DNA from: Candidatus Latescibacterota bacterium
Lineage (GTDB): Bacteria > Latescibacterota > UBA2968 > GCA-2709665
Direction: 5' to 3'
DNA length: 64,000 nt
Assembly (NCBI GenBank): GCA_965222075.1
Contig: OZ244937.1
Span: 1,216,001 to 1,280,000, forward strand
Shown: in pieces, positions 11,801-20,142 of the stretch
Layout of the letters: every line of letters begins with the position of its first letter
Position numbering within the stretch: position 1 is the first letter of the stretch
Translations under genes and position numbers: made by a program
The notes under the pieces: model-generated
Seen by the model: the letters and a program-made list of their open reading frames with translations, nothing else
The model's database searches: none
What the model was told of the DNA's origin: nothing

Positions 11801-12150
11801 TGGTTGTCGCGGTTTTGAGCTCGTCAACTTTCTTCTGGTTTTGGAATGTTCTTTCTGATTGCCGCAACCTAAACAAACGGGATCTACTAGCTTTCCCATT
11901 TCACCCCGAAGGCCTTGCCTCGACGCTCAGGAGAAAAATGGCTGGTTTGGGGAAGCGCTACCTGCGTGAGCTTCGCACGACCTCGCGGACGATGCTGAAA
12001 AGCAGTCTGCGAATAGAGACCTTCGACTACGCGGCGTGCAAACCGATCGTTGACGAAATCGATCGGTTGCTAGCTGGTCACTACGGATTCACGGAGGAGG
12101 AGCTCGACTTCATCATCAATTACGACATCAAATATCGTATGGGGCTGTAG
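8821..12150 (+). CDS. Eco57I/type IIG-like N6-adenine DNA methyltransferase with C-terminal target recognition domain
   Basis: YLNGGLF, LGYIFE, GAYYT, motif I ILDPTCGSGAFL, LYGVDI, motif IV IIGNPPY; alternative start at 8842. Confidence 0.92.
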   Translation: MIIRMFRMPTILNRNKVKKHLEEFNLRPLFIEEFGWDHGGVDTEVSVAERSYALEVIAQKRGMVAYQYVAGAEATFPDHPTRRKIERAVAKEVREHIIVYATHDRTEQSWQWVKREPGQPDRQRSESYRHGDTGERLIQKLEYLIFTLDEEEDLTIVDVSRWVRAAFDVERVTRRFYDRFKKGHQTFLGFIEGIGNLADREWYASLMLNRMMFIYFIQKRGFLDNNVDYLRDRLETVRQRQGEGRFISFYRLFLLKLFHEGLGQPEADRAPELAELLGQVPYLNGGLFDVHDLERDNPEIHIPDEAFEQIFAFFDAYQWHLDDRPLRNDNEINPDVLGYIFEKYINQKQMGAYYTKEDITGYISRNTVIPFLFDWAKKACPIAFRPGGGVWRLLQDDPDRYFYEAVRHGVTEDLGDKRELPPEIAAGLDDVSKRDGWNKPAPSDYALPTETWREHVARRQRYEEVHAKLAAGEVTSINDLITYNLDIEKFAQDVIAGSEGPELIRAFWKALTGVSILDPTCGSGAFLFAALNILEPIYTACLESMQGFLDDLERSKCKHHPEKMRDFRQVLKRVEEHASERYFILKSIIIDNLYGVDIMEEAVEICKLRLFLKLVAQLESYEQIEPLPDIDFNVRAGNTLVGFTTLEEIQDAFVVTPDDQRRMLYAEDTAKLKRIEEDAKIADQAFRMFRKMQTKHGMDAGAFADTKLELRRRLDDLRDELDRYLAVEYGVKDSDTAAYEQWRASHQPFHWFVEFYGIMHNGGFDVIIGNPPYVEYKKIKKNYEVHGFKTLACGDLYAFCTERALELLLLKGHLGLIVPISIFGTDGFSPLQELSLNMLDPVWISCFANRPSQLFDGAQKRLTILLGRRCGGRSPTVFTSTYLRWRREEFTDLFSSRIRYASPHQNFCIFPASLEKLGSQLEVRAFSRLAQRRRKLAESVTQYSRFRVFYTRKFGYFLAFLDFVPEIVDGETDCRVSPSELKDLGLSSSESVQVVVAVLSSSTFFWFWNVLSDCRNLNKRDLLAFPFHPEGLASTLRRKMAGLGKRYLRELRTTSRTMLKSSLRIETFDYAACKPIVDEIDRLLAGHYGFTEEELDFIINYDIKYRMGL

Positions 12151-12155
12151 CCGGT

Positions 12156-12788
12156 ATGTTAATGCTTACAGCGGAACAACATCAGATCTTCAAATGGATC
12201 TACTGTAAACTCCAGTTGCCGGTTTATGCGGAAGCATACAAGGGTGCCGCGCATTCACTGCAAAATAGGTCTCCCGGATATATTACTTTCGTATCGCACG
12301 TGGCTAGAGATCTTATGAACGGCCTACCTCGAGCGGTCGCGGGTATTCGGTCATCTCAAGTTCAGTATCGTCAACATCTGGATAAACTTCAAAAGAAATG
12401 GAAAGATGAATGGCGCGGACAAGGGCTAGTCTCTCCCCAACAGGATGAGGGCCACATGATTCCTTACACCGTATGCGAGATGATTGCGGAACTGATAAGC
12501 GAACACAAGGAGGGACATCGTAGAAGTGAAGAGGCTGGTGATATTTTTTTTGATACCTTTCTTGGATATTCGGATAGAGATAGGATTACCAATTTGAGTA
12601 GATGGAGAGAAGCAAGAAGGTTTTTTTTGGCCAATACTCACCTTCGGGAGAAAGCCTTCTCAGCGGAAGTGTACACCAGAGTGGAAGAGAATTTCAGGAT
12701 ACTCGAGAAATTTCTACACATCGCGGCAACAAGTGAATATAGTCGAATAGGGAGTTTAGATGCAATCTTGGAAGAAGCCAACAAGTGA
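12156..12788 (+). CDS. hypothetical protein, possibly HEPN-like
   Basis: 210 aa helical ORF with lower GC by eye; SHVARDLMN and RRFFLANTH (Rx5-6H-like) motifs; overlaps the next gene. Confidence 0.7.
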   Translation: MLMLTAEQHQIFKWIYCKLQLPVYAEAYKGAAHSLQNRSPGYITFVSHVARDLMNGLPRAVAGIRSSQVQYRQHLDKLQKKWKDEWRGQGLVSPQQDEGHMIPYTVCEMIAELISEHKEGHRRSEEAGDIFFDTFLGYSDRDRITNLSRWREARRFFLANTHLREKAFSAEVYTRVEENFRILEKFLHIAATSEYSRIGSLDAILEEANK

Positions 12789-15700
12789 AACGGTAGAGCG
12801 ATCTCTGGCGTTGATTGAGAAAGAAACTGACCGCCAATATTTCTTTTCTCGTCTGAGAAACCCTTGGTGGATTCAGCCGCTTGCCGAGCGTGGGTGTTTT
12901 AAGTCTCCTCCTGATATTAGGTATTTGCCAGATGGTTATGTCCAGCTTCCTTTCTGGCCGGAGCTTCAATATCTCAAGAATATATGCAAAAAAGATGCCC
13001 CAAAGGAAATCATCCAGGAGATTATTCAGATCGTGCTGCAACTTCCGGCAGTCGATAATCCAAGGGTCTATAATGATATTTTGGACATAGCATTGGAACT
13101 CGACGGTGAGCAATCCGCACGACTCAACCCCAAAATGCTTGAATACGCCAGGCTCGAACACCAATTCTTGCCTTTTCAGTATCCCGAACTGCTGGCTCAT
13201 TGGACGGCCCAGGACCAAACGGAAGCCGTATTGGAACTCGCGAATATACTTGTCCAATTCGACCCCGACCCCCAAGCAGAAGAAAAGCAGAAGCAACGAA
13301 AAGAGATCAATGATGACCAGACGGCCTCTGTCAAGGATCAGGTGGCCTCAATGAGGACCATACTCAGACCTGTCCCTCGATTCAACGAAAACTATCAGGA
13401 GATCTTGAATGAAGGCGTTCGCCCGCTGGCCGAGAAAGTGCCTTACAAGGTCGCCCGTATGTTGATGGATGCTACGGCGAGCATGATTCGTCTCGGAAAG
13501 CACGAAGACGACCTTGAAAGCGGTAAGAGCTCTGATTATTCCGAAATCTGGTGTCCGCGGCTCAATCAACAAAGCCGGGACTATCCAGACCCCCAGGAAA
13601 CCCTCGTCAATACGCTTACCTATGCCTGCGAGAAGGTTTATGAGAAATTGCCCGCGTCAATTGAAGCCCTGGACAGCGCTTTAAGGAACCAGCAGTGGGA
13701 TGTTTTCAGGCGTCTCCGGCAACACCTGTACGCTTTATACCCGGGCGAGCAAACTCGGCCGTGGATTCGGGAGTTGGTCCTGGTGTATGGTGACTATGCG
13801 AAATGGGAACACTACTATGAGTTTCAGCGGATGATACGAGTGGCTTGCGAGCATTTTGGCGCGGAGTTGCTCACGGAAGACGAGCGGGCCCAAATTTTCG
13901 ATGCGATCCTCAGCGGTCCTTCGAAGGAAGATTTTCGCGAAAAGATGGGTGAGCAATTCACGGAAGATGGTTTCGAGCAGAGGAGACGGGAGTTCCATCG
14001 CCAGCAACTCAGGCCGTTCACAACGGTGCTCTTTGGGGAGCATGCGGGCTACTTCCAGGAACTCGAAAACGATGAAACCGCAGACGAGGTCACGGATGAG
14101 AACTACTGGCCCGTCAAAGAATCTAAAGGGGGAAGGGTTACTTCTCGTAGCCCAAGATCACCCGAAGAACTCGCGAATCTCCCGGATGAGGAGCTACTTG
14201 CCTACATTAATGATTGGCAGGACGAACACTGGGACAGAGATGATGGGCACACACAGATCACCATTGAAGCGCTGTCCGGAGCGTTTCAGACGGTATTCAA
14301 GGATCCGATCATCACGGACGCCAGCAGACTCAGCTTTTGGATGAAGAATCGTGACAAAATCCTCCGGCCCACTTACGTACGGGCGATGATTGATGCAATG
14401 CAGGAGCACATAAAGGCAAAGAACTTCGATAAGCTCGACGAGTGGTTCCCATTTTGCGAATGGGTGCTTTCACATCCCGATTCGGAAAACGAGGAAGGCG
14501 TCGGAAGTGGGCTATTCGGAGATGAATCCCGCGAGTCTCCCAATTGGCATACCTCGCGGCGAGCGGTCTGTGACTTTATCGAAGCCTGCCTGCCTGCAGC
14601 GCAGTACGCTGCGCAGGCAGGTCTTAAACCGGATGTAGATGTGCCGCTTTTATTTCGTGGACAACTGGGCAGGCTTCTGGAGATGCTCTGCACACAATAT
14701 GATTGGCATCTGGATCAAGACAATTCGACCCTGTTGAACCGCGACGATCAACTGGCCGAGGCCATTAACACGACGCGGGGCCGCGCGCTGGAGAATCTGG
14801 TCAATTTCGGACTATGGGTACGCAGGCATGATGACAGAGCGGAAGTTCACGAAATGAAGGCGATCCTCGAAAAAAGGTTCAGTTCGGAAGCGGAGTATCC
14901 GCTGACGCTTCCGGAGCACGCTATCCTGGGCATGTGGTACAGGCAGATTTTCGATCTTGATGAGAAGTGGGCTATTGCCCGAAAATCGGTTTTCTTTCCC
15001 CAAAACAATATGCGTGCATGGCGGGAGGCGTTTGGAAACTTTCTTCGCCGGAGCCGCCCCGACAAACCGATTTTTAATGAATTTCGCGATGACTTCGAGT
15101 TTGCTCTGGAACATCTGGATTGTTTGAGACAACAAAAGCAGTCTGGGCCAAAGTCGACCGATATCCTCGGTCAGCACCTGTTCAAATACTATGTGTGGGA
15201 AGTATATCCATTGAAAGGCGCCGGTAGCTTGCTGGAGGACTTTTACAAGGCAACCGGCGGCGAACGGGCGCATTGGGCGACGTTATTTGCCTATGTCGGA
15301 CGTTCATTGGAAAATACCGGCAAACGGCTTGACGAAGGCTTGAAGGACAGGATCGTTGCCTTCTTCGAGTGGCGGTTAGAAGTCGGGGAACCGGCGGAAC
15401 TTCGAGAGTTCGCCTCATGGCTGAAAGCTGAGTGCATGGATGCCGAATGGCGGTTGAAAGCCTTGTTGGAGGTTTTGGAAATAGGTGAAACTCTGGATGA
15501 AACCGGGACTCTTGAGGTGGGTTGGTGGGACCACCCGAGGACATGGCTCCCTCACGAGGTTACGCGGTCAATGCCAGCACTGCTCCCGATGCATACTCCT
15601 CGGGCGGTCGAATGCTTTGCCAAGCTGATCGATTCCATGCCCAAAAGTGGCGAGGTCCACATCCCAACCGACGATGCAAAAGCCATCTTGAAAGCCGGTT

Positions 15701-15789
15701 TCGAGCACGACGACGAAAGCGTCCGCAAGAACGCCAAGCACGCCCAGGACAACCTGCTCAAAAGGGGTTACTTTAGCGTCATGGACTGA
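12760..15789 (+). CDS. large all-helical hypothetical protein in the defence island
   Basis: 1009 aa ORF with YFFSRLRNPWWIQPL..G.FKSPP..WP..YL and AINTTRGRALE motifs; no P-loop recognised. Confidence 0.8.
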   Translation: MQSWKKPTSETVERSLALIEKETDRQYFFSRLRNPWWIQPLAERGCFKSPPDIRYLPDGYVQLPFWPELQYLKNICKKDAPKEIIQEIIQIVLQLPAVDNPRVYNDILDIALELDGEQSARLNPKMLEYARLEHQFLPFQYPELLAHWTAQDQTEAVLELANILVQFDPDPQAEEKQKQRKEINDDQTASVKDQVASMRTILRPVPRFNENYQEILNEGVRPLAEKVPYKVARMLMDATASMIRLGKHEDDLESGKSSDYSEIWCPRLNQQSRDYPDPQETLVNTLTYACEKVYEKLPASIEALDSALRNQQWDVFRRLRQHLYALYPGEQTRPWIRELVLVYGDYAKWEHYYEFQRMIRVACEHFGAELLTEDERAQIFDAILSGPSKEDFREKMGEQFTEDGFEQRRREFHRQQLRPFTTVLFGEHAGYFQELENDETADEVTDENYWPVKESKGGRVTSRSPRSPEELANLPDEELLAYINDWQDEHWDRDDGHTQITIEALSGAFQTVFKDPIITDASRLSFWMKNRDKILRPTYVRAMIDAMQEHIKAKNFDKLDEWFPFCEWVLSHPDSENEEGVGSGLFGDESRESPNWHTSRRAVCDFIEACLPAAQYAAQAGLKPDVDVPLLFRGQLGRLLEMLCTQYDWHLDQDNSTLLNRDDQLAEAINTTRGRALENLVNFGLWVRRHDDRAEVHEMKAILEKRFSSEAEYPLTLPEHAILGMWYRQIFDLDEKWAIARKSVFFPQNNMRAWREAFGNFLRRSRPDKPIFNEFRDDFEFALEHLDCLRQQKQSGPKSTDILGQHLFKYYVWEVYPLKGAGSLLEDFYKATGGERAHWATLFAYVGRSLENTGKRLDEGLKDRIVAFFEWRLEVGEPAELREFASWLKAECMDAEWRLKALLEVLEIGETLDETGTLEVGWWDHPRTWLPHEVTRSMPALLPMHTPRAVECFAKLIDSMPKSGEVHIPTDDAKAILKAGFEHDDESVRKNAKHAQDNLLKRGYFSVMD
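14589..14621. repeat. CCTGCCTG...CAGGCAGG palindromic insertion, copy 2 (33 bp, in frame)
   Basis: cctgcctgcagcgcagtacgctgcgcaggcagg adds LPAAQYAAQAG; removal gives GAA GCC TGT CTT AAA (EACLK). Confidence 0.8.
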
Positions 15790-15842
15790 GCAATCTGAGC
15801 CGGGATGTGGGGTGACGGTACGCTAACGAAGAAGAGATAAAT

Positions 15843-16187
15843 ATGGAAATGACCGACGCCAACCTTGACGACATTGTTTCGTGTCTTCTGACTGTTGATC
15901 CCTACAGGATTGTACTTTTTGGATCGCTTGCAGCGGAGACGGGGAGCTCGGAAAGTGATATCGATTTGCTGGTCATCCTGGACTCTGAGGCTATCTCGCA
16001 GACCTATGAGGAAAGGATGAAAAGAAGGCTAACAGTGAGGAACAGTATCCGAGAGATCAACAGGCAGATCCCCATCGACCTTGTTGTCTACACCAAAGCC
16101 GAGTACGAGCTTCTTCAGAAGCAGGGCGCTTCGTTTCTTAACGGCATAGAAAGTTCAGGGAAGACGTTGTATGAGAAGGCAAGCTAA
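15843..16187 (+). CDS. minimal nucleotidyltransferase (MNT antitoxin)
   Basis: IVLFGSLA...SDIDLLVI and IDLVV motifs. Confidence 0.9.
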   Translation: MEMTDANLDDIVSCLLTVDPYRIVLFGSLAAETGSSESDIDLLVILDSEAISQTYEERMKRRLTVRNSIREINRQIPIDLVVYTKAEYELLQKQGASFLNGIESSGKTLYEKAS

Positions 16188-16305
16188 GCTGGAATCGGCT
16201 CGCGATGACCTGGGCGTTGTAGAGGAACTTATCCACCGCGACGAACTGACGCATATGGTTGCCTTTCACTTGAATGGATTCCATGGTGAAGATCAGACGT
16301 TATGA
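16171..16305 (+). pseudogene. truncated HEPN-domain protein (partner of the MNT)
   Basis: ATG overlaps the MNT end: MRRQAKLESARDDLGVVEELIHRDELTHMVAFH, then unrelated sequence where HEPN proteins continue (AQQA.EK). Confidence 0.7.
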
Positions 16306-16936
16306 ACCGGGGGCGCCTGACTACCCGCCAGCGTTACGACGTTGTTCTGACGGCGGGGGGCCGCCTGCCGTCACGGCACGGGGCAACCTCAGCACACTCG
16401 ACGGAACACTGACCGGCTTCTTCTGCTCGGTGCGTTGTCCGGGCGACGTGATCCTCAAGACCTACGATCTTGCGCGGAGGCTGCGCGAAACCGACCTGAC
16501 GATTGCCGGCGGTTTCCAGTCGCCCATGGAGAAGGAGTGCCTGGACCTGCTGCTGCGAGGTTCGGCGTCCGTCGTGGTCTGTCCGGCTCGGGGGCTTGGC
16601 CGGATGCGGATTCCGAAAGGCTGGCAGAACCCGCTCGCCGAAGGACGTCTCCTGATTCTTTCCTTTTTCAACGACAGCGTTCGACGCGCCACGGTAAGCA
16701 CCGCCGCCAGGCGCAATGCCTGTGTCGCCGCGCTTGCCGACCGTATCCTGATCGCCCACGCCGAAAAGGGCGGAAAAATCGAGGCTTTGTGCAAAAATGC
16801 GCTGGCCAGCGGAAAACCGGTGTTCACCCTGGAGTCCGCGGACAATGCCCACCTCATGGAACTCGGCGCCCGGTCGGTGCCTGCTGACAACCCCGCGTGC
16901 CTCATAGCAGACCGAATCGATCCTTCAACCGACTGA
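16274..16936 (+). CDS. short DprA/Smf-like (SLOG Rossmann fold) protein
   Basis: DYPPAL, RGNL, GFFCSVRCPG, GGFQSPMEKECL and RRNACVAALADRILIAHA; lacks the SAM and winged-helix domains of competence DprA. Confidence 0.82.
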   Translation: MDSMVKIRRYEPGAPDYPPALRRCSDGGGPPAVTARGNLSTLDGTLTGFFCSVRCPGDVILKTYDLARRLRETDLTIAGGFQSPMEKECLDLLLRGSASVVVCPARGLGRMRIPKGWQNPLAEGRLLILSFFNDSVRRATVSTAARRNACVAALADRILIAHAEKGGKIEALCKNALASGKPVFTLESADNAHLMELGARSVPADNPACLIADRIDPSTD

Positions 16937-16988
16937 GAGGACCTGCCGGAGACGGCCGATAGGCTGTCACTTTGCGAGGGAGGTAGAT

Positions 16989-17939
16989 ATGGCACGACCG
17001 GTCACGGTCTCGCTTGTGAGTTTCCCTACGTTTCCGCCCGAAGCACCCGACCGGCTTGCAAGGACGATAGGGCGCATGGAGGCATTCGTGGACGAGGCCG
17101 CACGCCGCAACAGTGCCCTGGTCGCGTTTCCGGAAACGTGCAATTATCTTGCTTCGGGACCCACCTGGCTTAAGGCCGAACCGATAGACGGCCCCACGCT
17201 TTCGGCCATGCGCAAGAAGGCCTCAGAGCACGGCGTGTATGTCGTGTGTCCCCTGGTCCTTGATGAAGACGGAACACGTCGGAACAGTTCCGTGCTGATC
17301 GGCCGTGACGGCCGGGTCGCCGGCATATATCGCAAGAATTTCCCCACCCACGAGGAATTGGACGCGGGCGTCATCCCCGGCACGGAGGCACCCGTATTTG
17401 AGACTGACTTCGGTCGCCTGGGTCTGTCCATCTGTTTCGACCTGTTTTTCTGGGAGGTCGGCTCCCGGCTTGCAGCGGGTGGGGCGGAATTGGTCATCTG
17501 GTCCAGCATGCCCCCGGGCGGGCGGATGTTGGCCAGATGGCCGACCGAGTTCGGCTTTCAGATGGGCGCCGTCACGTCCAACCGCTCCACATTCGTGGAC
17601 GTGGCCGGGCGCGAGATCGCGATGATGCGCGGCGGCATCTACAACGCCACCGGGGGGGCGGTTGCGCCCCTGACGACGGCCACATTGGACCTCGACCGCC
17701 GGCTGCTGTGTCACGACTACAACCTCCGGCGGATTGAAGCGGTCTGCGAAAAATACGGAAGCAGCAATATTTACGCCGAGTGGATCAGAAGCGAGTGTCT
17801 GGTGGTCTTCGGTTCCCAGATGCCGGACATCACCACCGACGAATTGATCGAGGAGTTCAAAATGGAGACGATGCGCGACTATCTGGGACGCGCCCGACGC
17901 AGCCGCAAGCGGGCGCTGAAAGGCACCTACTTGCGGTGA
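16989..17939 (+). CDS. carbon-nitrogen hydrolase (nitrilase superfamily)
   Basis: Catalytic triad motifs AFPE, YRK and ICFD; GGAGG RBS. Confidence 0.9.
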   Translation: MARPVTVSLVSFPTFPPEAPDRLARTIGRMEAFVDEAARRNSALVAFPETCNYLASGPTWLKAEPIDGPTLSAMRKKASEHGVYVVCPLVLDEDGTRRNSSVLIGRDGRVAGIYRKNFPTHEELDAGVIPGTEAPVFETDFGRLGLSICFDLFFWEVGSRLAAGGAELVIWSSMPPGGRMLARWPTEFGFQMGAVTSNRSTFVDVAGREIAMMRGGIYNATGGAVAPLTTATLDLDRRLLCHDYNLRRIEAVCEKYGSSNIYAEWIRSECLVVFGSQMPDITTDELIEEFKMETMRDYLGRARRSRKRALKGTYLR

Positions 17940-17952
17940 GCTTGTCGAACCG
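17934..17952. repeat. short REP-like element CGGTGAGCTTGTCGAACCG supplying the nitrilase stop codon
   Basis: CGGT...ACCG arms around GAGCTTGTCGA; from memory, resembles the widespread TGAGCTTGTCGAA short repeat. Single copy in this window. Confidence 0.5.
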
Positions 17953-18056
17953 TTTGTCCGGATGATGTTGAGAAGCTGCTGCTTGGAAAATAAGATGGCT
18001 TTGTCGCTCAGTCCCGGGCGGTTTCCGTCATCCGCAATCCCACCCCGCCCTTCCCA

Positions 18057-18330
18057 TGCCTTCGGCGAGGCCTTTTTCTTGATCGCCCAAGAAAAAGGCC
18101 GAAAAAGAAGGGCGCCGCTCAGACGCCGCGGGGGCTGCTTTTCCGCGAATTGTCCCTGTGGTGGAAACGGAAGCTTCTGCCCTGCGGACCTTTCGGGCAT
18201 GCCTGGACGATGGTGATGGACGGAACCGCGCGGAAAAGCCCCATCACCCCGCACCGTGGTGCCCCAAAGGGAGCATGACAACTGTCTTAAGCCCCCGGCG
18301 GTCTTCGCGCGGTTGCTGGCAGGGGTTTTT
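18057..18330. repeat. structured intergenic element (MITE/REP-like)
   Basis: Hairpin ggcctttttcttg-atcgcc-caagaaaaaggcc (18069-18100); long-range inverted repeat cttttccgcg/cgcggaaaag (~18139-18238); terminal stem followed by a T-run at ~18288-18330. Confidence 0.5.
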
Positions 18331-18353
18331 GTATCCGATCAGAGGACGATACC

Positions 18354-20003
18354 TTGGACAGGCCGCTGACCTGCGCAACCGTGATTGCGCAGACCCTGAA
18401 ATCATCCGGAGTTCGTTATGTTTTCGGCCACCCGGGCGGCGAGGTGGTGGACCTGATCGAGGCGCTGGAGACGCACGGCATCCGGTTCGTGCTGACCGGA
18501 CACGAGTCGGCGGCCGCGTTTATGGCGAGCACGGCCGGGCGGATGACGGGGATACCGGGCGTGTGTCTGGCGACGCTTGGACCGGGGGCGTGTAACCTGG
18601 TACTGGGTGTGGGTTGCGCGTACCTTGACAGGGACCCCATGCTGGCCATTTCCGCCCGGACGGTTGATTCGCGCATTCGGATGAGCGACAAGCAGAACCT
18701 GCGGCTCAACGAGATTTTTGCGCCCATCAGCAAGTGGTCGGCCGCCTTAGACGGCGCAGACACGGGAGGGACGGTCCGGTCCGCATTGTCGGTTGCCGCG
18801 ACTCCGCCGTGCGGGCCGGTCTACCTGACGCTGCCGAACGACGTTGCCGTGGCGCTTGATCGGCCTGCGGCGGCCGGACCCTCGCCGCCTGGCGGACCGG
18901 CTTGGGACGACCTGCCTGCGCCGAGGGTCTCTGCTCGGCAGGCAGGTGGGGTGTTTGAGGAGATCGTACAGGCGTTGAACAACGCGAAGCGGCCCATCGG
19001 TGTGGTTGGCATTGCGCTGGATGCGGAGAAAGACGTCCGGGCCGTCCGCGGTTTCTTCGAGCAGACCGGGATTCCTTACGTGTCGCTGCCACAGGCCAAG
19101 GGGATTGCCAACGAAGCGGGCGGGGGGTATCTGGGCACGGTCGCGTCGGCGGCCGGGGATGCGGTTCTTGTCGAAGCGCTGGAGCAGAGCGATTGTCTGC
19201 TGGGCGTCGGGTTCGATCCCGTGGAATCGGCTCAGGACTGGCATTTCCACCGTCCGGTCTACTCGCTGGCCAATACGTCCATCCGATTTGGGGACTACCG
19301 GCCCGCTGCGGAGTGCGTGGGCGACGTGAGCGCGTTGTTGCAGCGATTGGGGAAGGCATACCGGGGAGGTTCGGAGTGGACACAGGCAGAAGCGGGGGAG
19401 GTGCGAGAGCGGGTTGAGGCTGAGATGCGGCCACCCGATGCGTCGGGACCTGCGGGGGTATCGCCCTACCACCTGATGCAGGCGCTTGCGGCGGCGCTGC
19501 CGGAGGAGACCATTGTTTCAACCGACGTGGGGGCGCACAAGATGCTGCTCTCGCAGGTCTGGAAGGCACGGTATGCCCGCTCCTTTCTGGTTTCCAACGG
19601 TCTCTCGGCGATGGGCTACGGCGTGCCTGCGGCGCTTGCGGCGGCGCTGCTGCGGCCGGAGCGACCTGTGGTGGGGGTGCTCGGCGATGCCGGGTTTGCG
19701 ATGATGGCGCAGGAGCTGGAGACCGCCCGACGGATGGAGGTTTCACCGTTGCTGGTTGTGCTGTGCGATCGATCTCTGGCGATCATCAAGGTCGCTCAGG
19801 ATATGCGTGAGATTCCCTATCGGGGCGTGGATTTCGGGCCGGTGGACTGGGGAAGGGTGGCCGAGGGGTTCGGTGCAAAAGGGGTGGGGGCGACGACACC
19901 GGGTGAGGTGAACAAAGCCGTGCAGGACTGGCTGGGACATCCCAGGCTCACGGTGCTGGCCGTAGAGGTGGATGAGGCGCTCTATGCAGGTCTGACGTAC
20001 TGA
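18354..20003 (+). CDS. thiamine pyrophosphate-binding enzyme (acetolactate synthase large-subunit family)
   Basis: VFGHPGG, HESAAAFMA, TLGPGACN, DVGAHK, NGLSAMGYGVP and GDAGF motifs. Confidence 0.92.
   Translation: MDRPLTCATVIAQTLKSSGVRYVFGHPGGEVVDLIEALETHGIRFVLTGHESAAAFMASTAGRMTGIPGVCLATLGPGACNLVLGVGCAYLDRDPMLAISARTVDSRIRMSDKQNLRLNEIFAPISKWSAALDGADTGGTVRSALSVAATPPCGPVYLTLPNDVAVALDRPAAAGPSPPGGPAWDDLPAPRVSARQAGGVFEEIVQALNNAKRPIGVVGIALDAEKDVRAVRGFFEQTGIPYVSLPQAKGIANEAGGGYLGTVASAAGDAVLVEALEQSDCLLGVGFDPVESAQDWHFHRPVYSLANTSIRFGDYRPAAECVGDVSALLQRLGKAYRGGSEWTQAEAGEVRERVEAEMRPPDASGPAGVSPYHLMQALAAALPEETIVSTDVGAHKMLLSQVWKARYARSFLVSNGLSAMGYGVPAALAAALLRPERPVVGVLGDAGFAMMAQELETARRMEVSPLLVVLCDRSLAIIKVAQDMREIPYRGVDFGPVDWGRVAEGFGAKGVGATTPGEVNKAVQDWLGHPRLTVLAVEVDEALYAGLTY
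18911..18946. repeat. CCTGCCTG...CAGGCAGG palindromic insertion, copy 3 (36 bp, in frame)
   Basis: cctgcctgcgccgagggtctctgctcggcaggcagg adds LPAPRVSARQAG in the interdomain linker; removal gives GAC GAT GGG GTG. Confidence 0.8.
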
Positions 20004-20142
20004 CTCTGATGTTGACCGATGTCTATTTAATATTTGAACAATTATTCATATAACCTGCGCGAACTTATCGGGAACATCCGAAGCGAAAAAGGGGTCTAAC
20101 CAACGCATTCTCATCTTTCCACCTGTATTTCTCACGATTTCA

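Noticed and set aside
18884-18897. GCCGCCTGGCGGAC mini-palindrome next to insertion copy 3
   Set aside because: Could be another micro-insertion, but it is too short to distinguish from chance in GC-rich sequence.
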